From NCBI GenBank assembly GCA_963823035.1, contig CAWGKG010000025.1:1-64000 (forward strand): a stretch of 64,000 nt of DNA. The letters run 5' to 3'. This DNA comes from an uncultured Gemmatimonadales bacterium. Its GTDB lineage: Bacteria > Gemmatimonadota > Gemmatimonadetes > Longimicrobiales > Gaopeijiaceae. Position 1 is the first letter of the stretch; each line of letters begins with the position of its first letter. Position numbers and translations under genes: made by a program. The notes beneath the pieces were generated by a model. That model was not told the origin of the DNA and searched no databases. It was given only the letters and a program-made list of their open reading frames with translations. Positions 25,395-34,599 of this stretch are shown piece after piece.

Positions 25395-26691
25395 CCGGCT
25401 CGCCGCCTCCGCCGCGCTCGGCGGATCGCCCGTCCCCGTCCCCGCCGCCGGTGCTCGCCCCCGGGGTCCAGCGCGCGAGGTCGCTCCCGGCCGGCTGCTG
25501 ATAGGCGCGCAGGCCGAACTCCGGCAGGACGGCGATGAAGTGGTCGAAGAGGTCCGCCTGGATCCCTTCGTAGGTCGCCCACGCCGTGTCGTTCGTGAAG
25601 CAGTAGATCTCGAGCGGCAGCCCTACGGGTCCCGGCGGGAGCTGCCGCACGAGGAGCGTCATCTCCTGGTGCAGCTTCGGATGGTGGCGCAGGTAGTGCT
25701 CCACGTAGGCGCGGAAGGTGCCGACGTTCGTCAGGCGCCGCCGCTCGGGGATCACCTCCGGGTCCTCCGGACCGCGGGCGTTCGCCTCCTCCAGCTCGCG
25801 TCGCTTCCCGCTCACGTAGTCGCGCAGGAACTCGTAGCGACCCAGGTGGTCCAGCTCTTCGGGCGTGAGGAAGTGGATGGAGCCTACGTCGAGGTGCAGG
25901 CTCCGCTTGATGCGACGTCCCCCGGAGTCGCTCATCCCCCGCCAGTTCCTGAACGACTCGGTGATGAAGCGATACGTCGGAATGGTCGTGATCGTCTTGT
26001 CCCAGTTCTGCACCTTCACGGTGTGCAGCGCGATGTCGATCACGTCGCCGTCGGCGTGCGCCTCCGGCATCTCGACCCAGTCGCCGATGCGGATCATGTC
26101 GTTGCTCATGATCTGCACGCTGGCGACGAGCGAGAGGAGGGTGTCCCGGAAGACCAGCAGAAGCACCGCCGTGAGCGCGCCCAGCCCGGAGAGGAAGACC
26201 ACCGGGGACCGGTCCGCGAGGATGGCCACGATCACGATGCCCGCGGTGACGAACAGGAAGATCGACACCACCTGCAGGTATCCCTTGATCGGGCGGTTGC
26301 GCGCCTCGTCGTACGTCTCGTTGTAGATCGCGTTGACGGCCGCGAGGAAATTCGAGGCGGCGATCACCACCGTGAGGACGATGAAGGCGAGGGAGACCCT
26401 TCGCACCAGGAGATAGACGACCGTGCTCGCGGCCGTCCCCGTCGTCGGCGACATCGCCCAGGCGATGCCCGAATAGGCGACGATCGCGGGCGCGACGTGC
26501 GCCAGGCGCGCGAAGACCCGGTGCTCGATCAGGCGGTCGTCCCAGGTGGAGCGGGTACGCGCCGCCAGCCTGCGCACGATGCCGAGGAAGATGCGGCGGA
26601 CCACCGCGTCGGCCAGCCAGGCCACGAGGAGGAGCACGACCAGGGCGAACGACGCGGCGGCCCACGGGTGGTCCGAGATCAGGTCCTGCAT
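25387..26691 (-). CDS. Mechanosensitive ion channel, MscS family (YbdG-like)
   Basis: GLGALTAVLLLVFRD, IRIGDWVEMP, VKVQNWDKTITTIPTY, NWRGM..SGGRRIKRS, TNVGTFRAY. Confidence 0.92.
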   Translation of the reverse strand: MQDLISDHPWAAASFALVVLLLVAWLADAVVRRIFLGIVRRLAARTRSTWDDRLIEHRVFARLAHVAPAIVAYSGIAWAMSPTTGTAASTVVYLLVRRVSLAFIVLTVVIAASNFLAAVNAIYNETYDEARNRPIKGYLQVVSIFLFVTAGIVIVAILADRSPVVFLSGLGALTAVLLLVFRDTLLSLVASVQIMSNDMIRIGDWVEMPEAHADGDVIDIALHTVKVQNWDKTITTIPTYRFITESFRNWRGMSDSGGRRIKRSLHLDVGSIHFLTPEELDHLGRYEFLRDYVSGKRRELEEANARGPEDPEVIPERRRLTNVGTFRAYVEHYLRHHPKLHQEMTLLVRQLPPGPVGLPLEIYCFTNDTAWATYEGIQADLFDHFIAVLPEFGLRAYQQPAGSDLARWTPGASTGGGDGDGRSAERGGGGEPVT

Positions 26692-26722
26692 GTCCGGCTC
26701 CTGTCCGGGGGGAGGGAGTGGC

Positions 26723-27976
26723 TCAACGGGACGAGCCTACCTCCTCTGCGAGGAGGTCGAGCGCGAGGTTGGACAGACGGACGAGGTGGGGGTGCGCCTG
26801 GTTGCCGTTCGTGAGGAAGACGACACCGAACCCGCGCGTGCGGTTGCCCATGACGAAGGCCGTGTACCCCGGCACGCTTCCGGAGTGGCCGAAGAAGCGC
26901 TCCTGGCCGCGGTGCGTCGTCCACCAGGTGAGACCGTATCCCGCGTCCTCGTACCCCCAGCCCCCGGCCATGCCCTCGCCCGCGAACTTCGGGTACTGCA
27001 GCGTCTGCATCTGCTCGAGCGTCGAGGCCTGCAGGAGGCGCTCCGTGGTGCCGTCCGGCTCTGTGACCGTGCCGTCGCCCAGGTTGAAGCGCGCCCACCG
27101 CGCCTGATCGTGCACGTTGCCGTACACGATGCCCGCCGGCCACACGTCCGCTTTCAGACGCGGAGCCGGCGTGAGGCGGCCCGCGTCGTCCGGGACGTAG
27201 GGCACGGCCATGCGCTCCTGCATCTCCGGCGTCGGCTGGAACTCGGTGTCCGTCATGCCCAGCGGCTCCCATATCCGCGTTCGGATGTACTCCTTGTAGG
27301 GGACGCCGCTGAAGTGCTCGACCAGGTGGGCCACGAGGGAGTAGGCGAGGTTCGAGTACTCCACCTTCTCGAGGGGTCTCCTCACGACGCGCAGAGAATC
27401 CGCCAGGTAGTCGTCCAGCGGCGGCGGAACGGTCTCGCCCCACACGAGGTGGGGCCCGAATGCTCCCGGGATCCCCGACGTGTGGGTGAGCATGTGGCGG
27501 AAGGTGACCGGCTCGGACGGATCCTCTCCCGCGATATGCAGCGTCGTGAGGTAGTCGTGCACCGGATCGTCCAGCGCGAACTTCCCGGCCTCCATCTGCT
27601 GGAGGAGCGCGACCGTCGACTGCGCCTTGAAGGTCGAGCCGATCAGGTAGACCGTGTTCGTCGTCGCGGGCGTGTGGGCCCAGACGTTCGACTCGCCGAA
27701 CGCGCCGGCCCACAGCTCCCCCTCCCGGTCGGTGAGCGCGATCGTGATCGACGGGATGGAGCCTTCGACCATCGCGCGCCGGATCTCCGGCTCGAGGCGG
27801 GCCACCACCCGCTGGACGGCCGGGTTGCCGGCCACCTCGATCTGCGCGGCACCGGGGGCCGGTAGCCAGATGGCGGCGGAGGCGACGGCACAGGCGACCC
27901 GGCCGCGCCAACGAGCCGCTCTGGTTCGACGGGCGGCGTGCGGGGATCGCGGGGTCCTCGGCGCTTCGATCGTCAT
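26723..27976 (-). CDS. Serine hydrolase, beta-lactamase class C / D-peptidase family, secreted
   Basis: SxxK (GSTFK), LTHTSG, YSN, HSG; signal-like N-terminus. Confidence 0.88.
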   Translation of the reverse strand: MTIEAPRTPRSPHAARRTRAARWRGRVACAVASAAIWLPAPGAAQIEVAGNPAVQRVVARLEPEIRRAMVEGSIPSITIALTDREGELWAGAFGESNVWAHTPATTNTVYLIGSTFKAQSTVALLQQMEAGKFALDDPVHDYLTTLHIAGEDPSEPVTFRHMLTHTSGIPGAFGPHLVWGETVPPPLDDYLADSLRVVRRPLEKVEYSNLAYSLVAHLVEHFSGVPYKEYIRTRIWEPLGMTDTEFQPTPEMQERMAVPYVPDDAGRLTPAPRLKADVWPAGIVYGNVHDQARWARFNLGDGTVTEPDGTTERLLQASTLEQMQTLQYPKFAGEGMAGGWGYEDAGYGLTWWTTHRGQERFFGHSGSVPGYTAFVMGNRTRGFGVVFLTNGNQAHPHLVRLSNLALDLLAEEVGSSR

Positions 27977-28120
27977 CGCATCGGCTCCTTTCCGGGTCCG
28001 TACAGGACGTGTCCGGGCCGCGCGCCCGTGTGCCGTCCACCGTTCTCGATCACGACCACGCCGTTGACGAGGACGGTCTCCACGCCCTCGGGAAACAGCA
28101 CCGGCTCGTCGTACGTGGCG
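27973..28120 (-). pseudogene. C-terminal remnant of an N-acyl-D-amino-acid deacylase (amidohydrolase)
   Basis: ATYDEPVLFPEGVETVLVNGVVVIENG..TGARPGHVL matches the typical D-aminoacylase tail. The stop overlaps the next start (ATGA), and there is no upstream body. Confidence 0.6.
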
Positions 28121-28316
28121 CGGAGTGGACCGTGGCGAGCGGACGGGGCAACTCTACGCCCGGGAGGCCCGTGGCGCACGCCCGCATGCCGCCGCGCGCT
28201 CCCCGGGCCGCGCGGCAGCCAGGGGCGCCTTCTCGGGCCGGCGTGGTTGCGGAAGGAGCGGGCGACGCGGTATTTGAGCCGCCGACAGCGTCTTCCCGCC
28301 CTGCCCCGGGAGTCCC

Positions 28317-29441
28317 ATGGCCAGCGAAGCCCCCAGCGCGTCCGCCTTCCGCCGCTATCTCCTTCCCGGCTTCATCTTCCAGAGCGTGGTCATCGCCGGC
28401 GGATACGGCACCGGACGCGAGCTGGTCGAGTTCTTCCTGACCCAGGGCCCGCTGGGCGGCCTGCTGGCCATCGGGGTGACCACGGTCCTGTGGAGCGCCG
28501 TGTCGATGGCCACCTTCGAGTTCGCGCGTACCTACCAGGCGTACGACTACCGGCGACTCTTCCAGAAGCTCCTCGGGCCCGGGTGGGTGCTGTTCGAGGT
28601 CAGCTACCTGGGGCTCATGCTCATCGTCCTCGCCGTCATCGCCGCGGCGGCGGGCGCGATCCTCGAGGAGACGTTCGGCATCAGCTACTGGATCGGCGTG
28701 GGTGGGATCATGGCGGCCGTCGGCGCGCTGGTCTTCGGGGGCAACGCGGCGATCGAGAAGGCGCTGGCCGCATGGTCGTTCGTGCTGTACGCCCTCTACG
28801 TGGTGTTCTTCGTCTGGTGCTTCCACCGCTTCGGCGGCGCCATGGAGCATACGATGGCCGCGGAGCCGGCCGGGCGCGGGTGGCTGTGGGCCGGGCTGCG
28901 CTACGCCGGCTACAACCTCGCGTGCATGCCCGCCGTTCTGGCCGCGCTGCGCGTCCACCGCACGCGCAAGGACACGATGGTGGCCGGGGCGCTGGCGGGG
29001 CCCATGGCGATGATCCCCGGGCTGCTCTTCTTCTTCGCCATGGTGGGGCAGTACCCGGCGATCCTCGACGAGCGGGTGCCCGCCAACTTCCTCCTGGAGC
29101 TCCTCGGGTCGCGCTCCTTCCAGATCGCCTTCCAGGTGATGCTCTTCGGCACGCTCATCGAGACCGGCACGGGCCTCATCCACGCCGTGAACGAGCGCAT
29201 CTCCGGCGTCATGGCCGACCGGCGCCGCGACATGCCCGTCTGGCTGCGTCCGGCCGTGGCGCTCGGCTTCCTCGCGCTGGCCACCGTGATCTCGCAGTTC
29301 GGTCTGATCGGATTGATCGCGAAGGGCTACGGCACCCTCACGGTGGCCTTCATCGCGGTCTACGTGATCCCCGTCCTCACCGTCGGGGTGTGGAGGATCC
29401 GGGCGCATCCTGCGGCGGCGAGCCTACCCACCGGTTCATGA
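28317..29441 (+). CDS. YkvI-like (APC-related) membrane transporter
   Basis: SVVIAGGYGTGRELVEFF, multiple TM helices, FGLIGLIAKGYG. Confidence 0.75.
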   Translation: MASEAPSASAFRRYLLPGFIFQSVVIAGGYGTGRELVEFFLTQGPLGGLLAIGVTTVLWSAVSMATFEFARTYQAYDYRRLFQKLLGPGWVLFEVSYLGLMLIVLAVIAAAAGAILEETFGISYWIGVGGIMAAVGALVFGGNAAIEKALAAWSFVLYALYVVFFVWCFHRFGGAMEHTMAAEPAGRGWLWAGLRYAGYNLACMPAVLAALRVHRTRKDTMVAGALAGPMAMIPGLLFFFAMVGQYPAILDERVPANFLLELLGSRSFQIAFQVMLFGTLIETGTGLIHAVNERISGVMADRRRDMPVWLRPAVALGFLALATVISQFGLIGLIAKGYGTLTVAFIAVYVIPVLTVGVWRIRAHPAAASLPTGS

Positions 29442-30618
29442 GCACCGCCGTGGTGATCTGACCCAGCGCGTTGACCGTGGTGCGGAACATGTCCGGGATG
29501 CGGTCGATGCCCAGAAGGATCGCCAGCCCCGAGAGCGGTATCCCCACCGCGTCCAGGGCGGGGGCCAGCGTCACCACGCTGGAGGAGGGCACCGGCGCGA
29601 CGGTGAGCGAGACGAGGAAGGTGGCCAGGAGCGCGCCGCCCACGGCGGCCGGAGGGATCGGTACCGCGTAGAGGTGGGCAAGGAAGACGATCGACGCCCC
29701 CTGGAAGAGGGCGCTACCCGGGCGGTACATGGAAGCGCCCAGCGGCAGCACGAGCGTCGCGATCGCCGGAGACAGCTCCAGCTTCTCCTCCGCCTCTTCG
29801 ATCATCACCGGGAGGGCCGCCACGGTGGACGTGGTCGAGAAGGCGATCGCGGCGCCCCCGAACGTCCCCCCCAGGAAGCGGAGGGGCCCGATGCGCCCGA
29901 CCAGGCGCACGAGGGGGAGGAAGACCACCGCGAGGTAGATGGCGAGCGCGACGACGACGGAGATCACGAAGACCGCCAGGCTGCCGAGCAGGCCCCACCC
30001 CATCCGCGCGGTGACGGGGGCCGCGAGGCCGAAGATGCCGATGGGCGCGGTCCACAGGATCCAGTAGACGAGCTTGATGAGCGCCTCGCCGAGCGCGTCC
30101 GCGATCTCGAGCAGGCGGACTCGGGGCCCCTCGTCGAGCGTGCCGGCCGCGGCCGCGAGGAGCGCCGTGAAGACGATGAGCGGGAGGAGCGAGCCCGAGC
30201 TGGCGGCGGCGAACGGGTTCGACGGGATCAGACCGACGAGGAACTCCACGAAGCCCGGAAGCTCCGGGGCCGACTGGGCGGCCGCCTCCGGCGCGGTGAC
30301 GGCGGGCGCGAAGGCGAGGCCGAGCCGCATGACGCCCATGCCGAGGAGGATCGCCGGGATGAGCGTGCTCCAGAAGAAGGCGAGGGTGAGCACGCCCAGC
30401 TTCCCCAGCTTGCGCGGATCCCCGAGCCTGGCGACCCCCGAGAAGATGACGGCCATCACGAGCGGGATCACGACCATCCGGATCGCGTTCATGAACGCCG
30501 TCCCCAGGGGGGCGGAGGCCTGGGCCACGGCCAGGAGCGACTCGGAGCCGGTCACGGCGGCCAGGAGGCCGAAGCCCAGCCCGGCCACCAGGCCGATGGC
30601 GATCGCGATGTGGAGCAT
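29377..30618 (-). CDS. Dicarboxylate/amino acid:cation symporter (DAACS/GltP family)
   Basis: MVVIPLV, IPSNPF, FSTTSTVAALP, LPLGASM, GIDRIPDMFRTTVN. Confidence 0.9.
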   Translation of the reverse strand: MLHIAIAIGLVAGLGFGLLAAVTGSESLLAVAQASAPLGTAFMNAIRMVVIPLVMAVIFSGVARLGDPRKLGKLGVLTLAFFWSTLIPAILLGMGVMRLGLAFAPAVTAPEAAAQSAPELPGFVEFLVGLIPSNPFAAASSGSLLPLIVFTALLAAAAGTLDEGPRVRLLEIADALGEALIKLVYWILWTAPIGIFGLAAPVTARMGWGLLGSLAVFVISVVVALAIYLAVVFLPLVRLVGRIGPLRFLGGTFGGAAIAFSTTSTVAALPVMIEEAEEKLELSPAIATLVLPLGASMYRPGSALFQGASIVFLAHLYAVPIPPAAVGGALLATFLVSLTVAPVPSSSVVTLAPALDAVGIPLSGLAILLGIDRIPDMFRTTVNALGQITTAVLMNRWVGSPPQDAPGSSTPRR

Positions 30619-30715
30619 CCCCGCATCCGGTTGGAGGGGTCGGTGCGGGGGCAATCGGCGGCGCGCGCCGGATCGCGTCAAGTTGCAGACTGCGGAGACC
30701 GGCCCGTCCGGGCGC

Positions 30716-31414
30716 CTACCAGGTGACGCGATCCCGCCCGGGCGTGAAGCGCTCGATGCCCCGGCGCGCGAGCTGGAAGGCGAGCCAGCCCAGGAGGATG
30801 ACGGCGACCCCGCCGGCGGCCCAGAGCAGGCCGGACGGCCAGCGTTGACGCATCAGCCAGTCGGCGACGGCGAGCGGGTGGGGGACGAGGCCCGGCGCGA
30901 GTTCGTCCAGCGCGATGCCGACGAGGCCGAGGGAGATCGGCACGTACAGGGTCGTCCGCGCCTCGAAGCGGAAGGCCACGCCGACCATGAGCAAGCAGGC
31001 CAGCGTGGTGCTGATCCAGACGAGCCCCAACGCTCCGACGAATCCCCCCGGCACCGCTTCGAGCTCCGCCGGAAGCCACAACCGCACGGCCACGGCGAGG
31101 GCGATCGAGCAGGGAACGCAGGACATCGCCGCCGCCAGAAGCCGGCCCGCCGCCAGGCGCGCCGGGGAGATCGGCAGGGAGACCAGGAACTCCAGCCCAC
31201 CGTCGAGCTTGTCCCGGAGCACGCCCATGGGGATCTGCATGAAGAAGGTCGTCGCGATGAGCGCGAGGAACCACGCGAACCTGGAGGGGCTCATCCATCC
31301 GAGGACCGCCATGAGGGCCGTGCCCGCGGCGAACACCCCCATGAGGCGCAGGTTGGGCCCGAGGCCCCGCCGGACCTCGAGGCGTACGAGGGCCCGCATT
31401 CCGTCCCCGCTCAC
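30716..31414 (-). CDS. ABC-2 type transporter permease
   Basis: About six hydrophobic segments and an RDK.DGGLEFLVSLPISP loop motif; GTGA overlap with the ATPase. Confidence 0.7.
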   Translation of the reverse strand: MSGDGMRALVRLEVRRGLGPNLRLMGVFAAGTALMAVLGWMSPSRFAWFLALIATTFFMQIPMGVLRDKLDGGLEFLVSLPISPARLAAGRLLAAAMSCVPCSIALAVAVRLWLPAELEAVPGGFVGALGLVWISTTLACLLMVGVAFRFEARTTLYVPISLGLVGIALDELAPGLVPHPLAVADWLMRQRWPSGLLWAAGGVAVILLGWLAFQLARRGIERFTPGRDRVTW

Positions 31415-32121
31415 GAGAGCCTCAGTCGCCGCACGAGCTCCTGGGAGATCGGCGTGCCACCTGTCGAGACGCGCAGGGCTTCCACGGTGACGTCTCCGAT
31501 GAGATCTCCGTCGCGAAGGAGCAGAACGCGATCGGATACCGCGTCCACGTCCTCGAGGATGTGGCTCGAGAAGACGATCGTGCGATCGCTTCCGGCCGGG
31601 ACGCACGCGCGGAGCAGGCCCAGGAGGTCGTCACGCATGAGCGGGTCGATGCCCGAGGTGGGCTCGTCGAGGAGGAGCACGGGTGGGCGATGGCTCTCGA
31701 CCGCGACGAACGAGAGCCTCACCTGCATGCCCTTCGACAGGTTCGCCAGCTTCTTCTTGCGCGGAAGCTCCAAGCGGTCCGTCAGCGCCGCGGCGTACGC
31801 GCCGTCCCACGTGGGATGGAAGGCCGCGAGGAAGTCGAGATGCTCGGCCACCGTCATCCAACCGAAACCGGTGAGGCGCTCCGGGAGCAGTCCGACCGTC
31901 CAGCGGATGTGCGGTCCGACGGTGGACACTTCGCGGCCGTCCACGCGTACGCTGCCGCGGTAGCCGGCGGAGAGGAGTCCGGACACGGCCCTCAGGGTGG
32001 TGCTCTTGCCCGCTCCGTTCGGGCCCACCAACGCGACGCGCTCCCCGGCCGCGACGTCGATCGAGAGAGGGCCGAGGGAGAAGCCCTCGAAATCGACGCG
32101 AAACTCCCGGAGCTCGATCAT
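31411..32121 (-). CDS. ABC-2 type transporter ATP-binding protein
   Basis: GPNGAGKS, LSKGM, LLLDEPTSGID, FSSH. Confidence 0.92.
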   Translation of the reverse strand: MIELREFRVDFEGFSLGPLSIDVAAGERVALVGPNGAGKSTTLRAVSGLLSAGYRGSVRVDGREVSTVGPHIRWTVGLLPERLTGFGWMTVAEHLDFLAAFHPTWDGAYAAALTDRLELPRKKKLANLSKGMQVRLSFVAVESHRPPVLLLDEPTSGIDPLMRDDLLGLLRACVPAGSDRTIVFSSHILEDVDAVSDRVLLLRDGDLIGDVTVEALRVSTGGTPISQELVRRLRLS

Positions 32122-32783
32122 GAGGTGCTCCCGTTCAGCAGGGCGTGGAGCGCGCTCAGGCCGGTGGTGAGGATCCAGAGGAAGCCCGCCGTCGCCATGC
32201 CGCGCCGCCGTGTGGACCGCGCGCACGCCGAAAACGCCAGGGCCAGGAACGCCACCCAGGCCACGTGGACCGGCGTCACCGCGTGGGCGAAGGCCAGGAG
32301 CAGAGGATGCCCGGGTGCGACGAAGAAATCCAGCCCGGTCGGTGCCGGCACGTCACCCTGCCGTGCGCCCCCCTGCACCACGAGGGTCAGGAGGAGCAAG
32401 GGGCCCTGCAACGCGAGGATCGCCTCTCCGTAGAGCACGGCGCTGAGGACTGCACGGAGCCGGCCGGGCGTACCGAGGAGCACCAGGACGGCCCAGGCCG
32501 CCAGGGCGAGCAGGCCACCCTTCACGAGCGCGATCAACGGACTGAGGCCCGCCACGACCCAGAAGACCGTGCGCAGTGCCGGGGGGGGAGGGTCCGGGAA
32601 GACGAGGTCCCACCCCCACACCCTCGTGGCGACCGCGGTGACGAGGGAGACGACCAGAACGATGAGGAGAGGCGCCGCGATCGTGCCCCGCCCGCCGAGC
32701 GAGCCGAGTCGAGGCGCGAGGTATGCGGCGAGGCGGTCGAGGAGACCGGCAGCGCGGAGGTCGGCAGGACGTTCCGGGGTCAT
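32118..32783 (-). CDS. YIP1-family-like membrane protein
   Basis: About five TM segments with LxAVLSAVLYG..I and a PVHVAW pattern reminiscent of bacterial YIP1 proteins; ATGA overlaps at both ends. Confidence 0.55.
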   Translation of the reverse strand: MTPERPADLRAAGLLDRLAAYLAPRLGSLGGRGTIAAPLLIVLVVSLVTAVATRVWGWDLVFPDPPPPALRTVFWVVAGLSPLIALVKGGLLALAAWAVLVLLGTPGRLRAVLSAVLYGEAILALQGPLLLLTLVVQGGARQGDVPAPTGLDFFVAPGHPLLLAFAHAVTPVHVAWVAFLALAFSACARSTRRRGMATAGFLWILTTGLSALHALLNGSTS

Positions 32784-33350
32784 GGCGCCCGTCCCTCCGT
32801 GGTGGCTGACACGGTACCCAGGATCCGCATCGGGTCCGCGGGTGCGCTCACTCCGACGTGAACGGCCACCACGGACCCGCCGGCGTCCAACACCGCGCGA
32901 AAAGGCACCCCGCGCACGCCCAGGGTTCGCGCGATGCTCCCGTTGGCATCGTGGAGCATGCCTTCCCGGAGAGACCGGGGAACGTGCCCACCTGCCGGAT
33001 CGGATCGAGGCGACACGACCACGGTGGGGAGCGCGAGCCCGTGCGGTGGTCGCCGATGCCCAGCGGTCGAGCTCCTGGGCACAGAGCGGACATTCGTCGT
33101 CCACGTAGAGGAGGACACCGGGTGCCGGGATGGCGGCGCGCACACCCGTCGGGCGCCATCCGAACAGCGCTCCGGGCTCGAACGGAACCGGCCGAGCGGG
33201 CTCGACGCGGCGAGACCCTACGCGGAGGGTGAAGAGCACGGCAGTCACGAGCACGATGCCGAGGACGACCCACGCCGCAGCGGGGCCTGGGCCTTTCGTC
33301 CGGGCGTGGGGAGGGGGCCACGAGGGCCCCCTCCTTTTCTCGCCGCGCAT
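32780..33350 (-). CDS. Membrane-anchored thioredoxin-fold protein (TlpA/peroxiredoxin-like, CPLC), frameshift near 33045
   Basis: TM anchor and LLYVDDECPLCAQEL, then in the shifted frame LHDANGSIARTLGVRGVPFRAVLDAGG (cis-Pro loop). Confidence 0.75.
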
Positions 33351-33352
33351 CG

Positions 33353-33637
33353 TCAGAAGGCCCGGACGCAGATGATGCCGCACGCCGCGAAGGCCTCCGG
33401 GTAGAGCATCGCTTCGATCAGCACGCCGCCGAGCGTGGCACCGGCGGCGCCGAAGAGCCCCACCGCGCATCCGAGGCACGCCGCACGGCCGAACCACCCG
33501 GCGCCGGTGACCGACTCGACGGCGGTGTCGGCGCCCACCGGCACGGTCCGGGCAGGACCGGTCCGGGTGAACAGCGCCCCGACCAGGAGCACGACCAGCG
33601 ACATCGGCCGCAGCGCCCTGAGCAAGCCGGCGCCCAT
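33353..33637 (-). CDS. Small secreted Cys-containing peptide precursor P3 (94 aa)
   Basis: MGAGLLRALRPMSLVVLLVGALF...VESVTGAG-WFGRAACLGC...CGIICVRAF*; the start overlaps the P2 stop (TGATG). Confidence 0.75.
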   Translation of the reverse strand: MGAGLLRALRPMSLVVLLVGALFTRTGPARTVPVGADTAVESVTGAGWFGRAACLGCAVGLFGAAGATLGGVLIEAMLYPEAFAACGIICVRAF

Positions 33638-33901
33638 CACATCACCGCCGCGATGCAGCTGGCCCCGCAGAGGATGGCGGCGGCCGTCCCCATCCGGGTC
33701 CACAACAGCCACGCCACGCTTCCGCCGGAATACAGGACGGCCGCCAGGCCGCCGCCCGCGCAGATCAGGCACGCGATCGCCGATTGCGGTCCCCTTCCGA
33801 GGAGCTCGCCCACGCCGGGGGTCGTGGTCGCCCCACGCGGCCCAGAGGGCCAACGATGCGACGACGATCAGGAGCGCCGGGGGTTGTACCAGGGTCTTCA
33901 T
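33637..33901 (-). CDS. Small secreted Cys-containing peptide precursor P2 (one-base frameshift, probably in the C run 33831-33834)
   Basis: Manual translation: MKTLVQPPALLIVVASLALWAAW / ATTTPGVGELLGRG-PQSAIACLICAGGGLAAVLYSGGSVAWLLWTRMGTAAAILCGASCIAAVM*. GGAGGAAGG RBS and TGATG overlap with the C39 gene. Confidence 0.7.
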
Positions 33902-34527
33902 CACCTTCCTCCTTCCATCGAGAGTTCCGTCGCCGGGTCCGCCTCCATGCGGATCGGCACGAGCGCCTCTCCCGACCAGTAGCCCCGCAGGCGTGTCCGA
34001 CCGATGCGGTACGGACCCACCTGGGGGTCGAGGACGAGCGCGGACTCCGGGGAATCCGGCACGACGGTGACGAAGTGACCTCCATCCACCCACGCGATCA
34101 CGGGTGTGTCCAGGGCAGCCATGGCGGCGGGGCTCAGACGACGGAGCTCGCTGGACACACCCAGAAGGCGTGCGGTGCGCGCCAGGCCCGCGAAGGTGGT
34201 GCCCCGGGCACCGGTCCCCGCGAGTCGCGCGAGCGAGTCCGTCGGCGGGGGAGTCCCGCCCAGTGTACGAAGGAGGGTGGCCAGCGCAGCCGGCCCACAG
34301 TCGGAGAAGCCCGACTGGAGAACCACGCCGGGGAGGGACACGAAGTTGCCGCCCCGGGCTCGGATGGTCGCGCGATACGTCGACCGGCCCGCGGCCATCG
34401 GGTCGATGGACGCCGCGGACGTGCCCGCGAGCGTCACCACGACACCGAGGAGCACACCACACGCCCTGAGGCGTCGACGTGTCCGGACCCTGTCGGGTCC
34501 CCGTTGAACCGGCGGGAGCGTGCGCAT
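33901..34527 (-). CDS. Stand-alone C39-family cysteine peptidase with N-terminal signal/anchor (start 34527 or 34599)
   Basis: VVLQSGFSDCGPAALATLL, GTTFAGL, PVIAWVDGGHFVTV, VLDPQVG, YWSG give the Q-C-H-D set of peptidase C39; no ABC domains. Confidence 0.88.
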   Translation of the reverse strand: MRTLPPVQRGPDRVRTRRRLRACGVLLGVVVTLAGTSAASIDPMAAGRSTYRATIRARGGNFVSLPGVVLQSGFSDCGPAALATLLRTLGGTPPPTDSLARLAGTGARGTTFAGLARTARLLGVSSELRRLSPAAMAALDTPVIAWVDGGHFVTVVPDSPESALVLDPQVGPYRIGRTRLRGYWSGEALVPIRMEADPATELSMEGGR

Positions 34528-34599
34528 GGGTGAAGGGTGGGCCGCCGGAGCGGACGCGGGAATGTGTGGATGGGACGCGTCGCCCGACGGCCCTCGCAC

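Noticed and set aside
29377..29441. 65-nt convergent overlap of the ykvI-like and DAACS genes as a regulatory feature
   Set aside because: Tail-to-tail overlaps are common in GC-rich genomes and could also arise from an indel.
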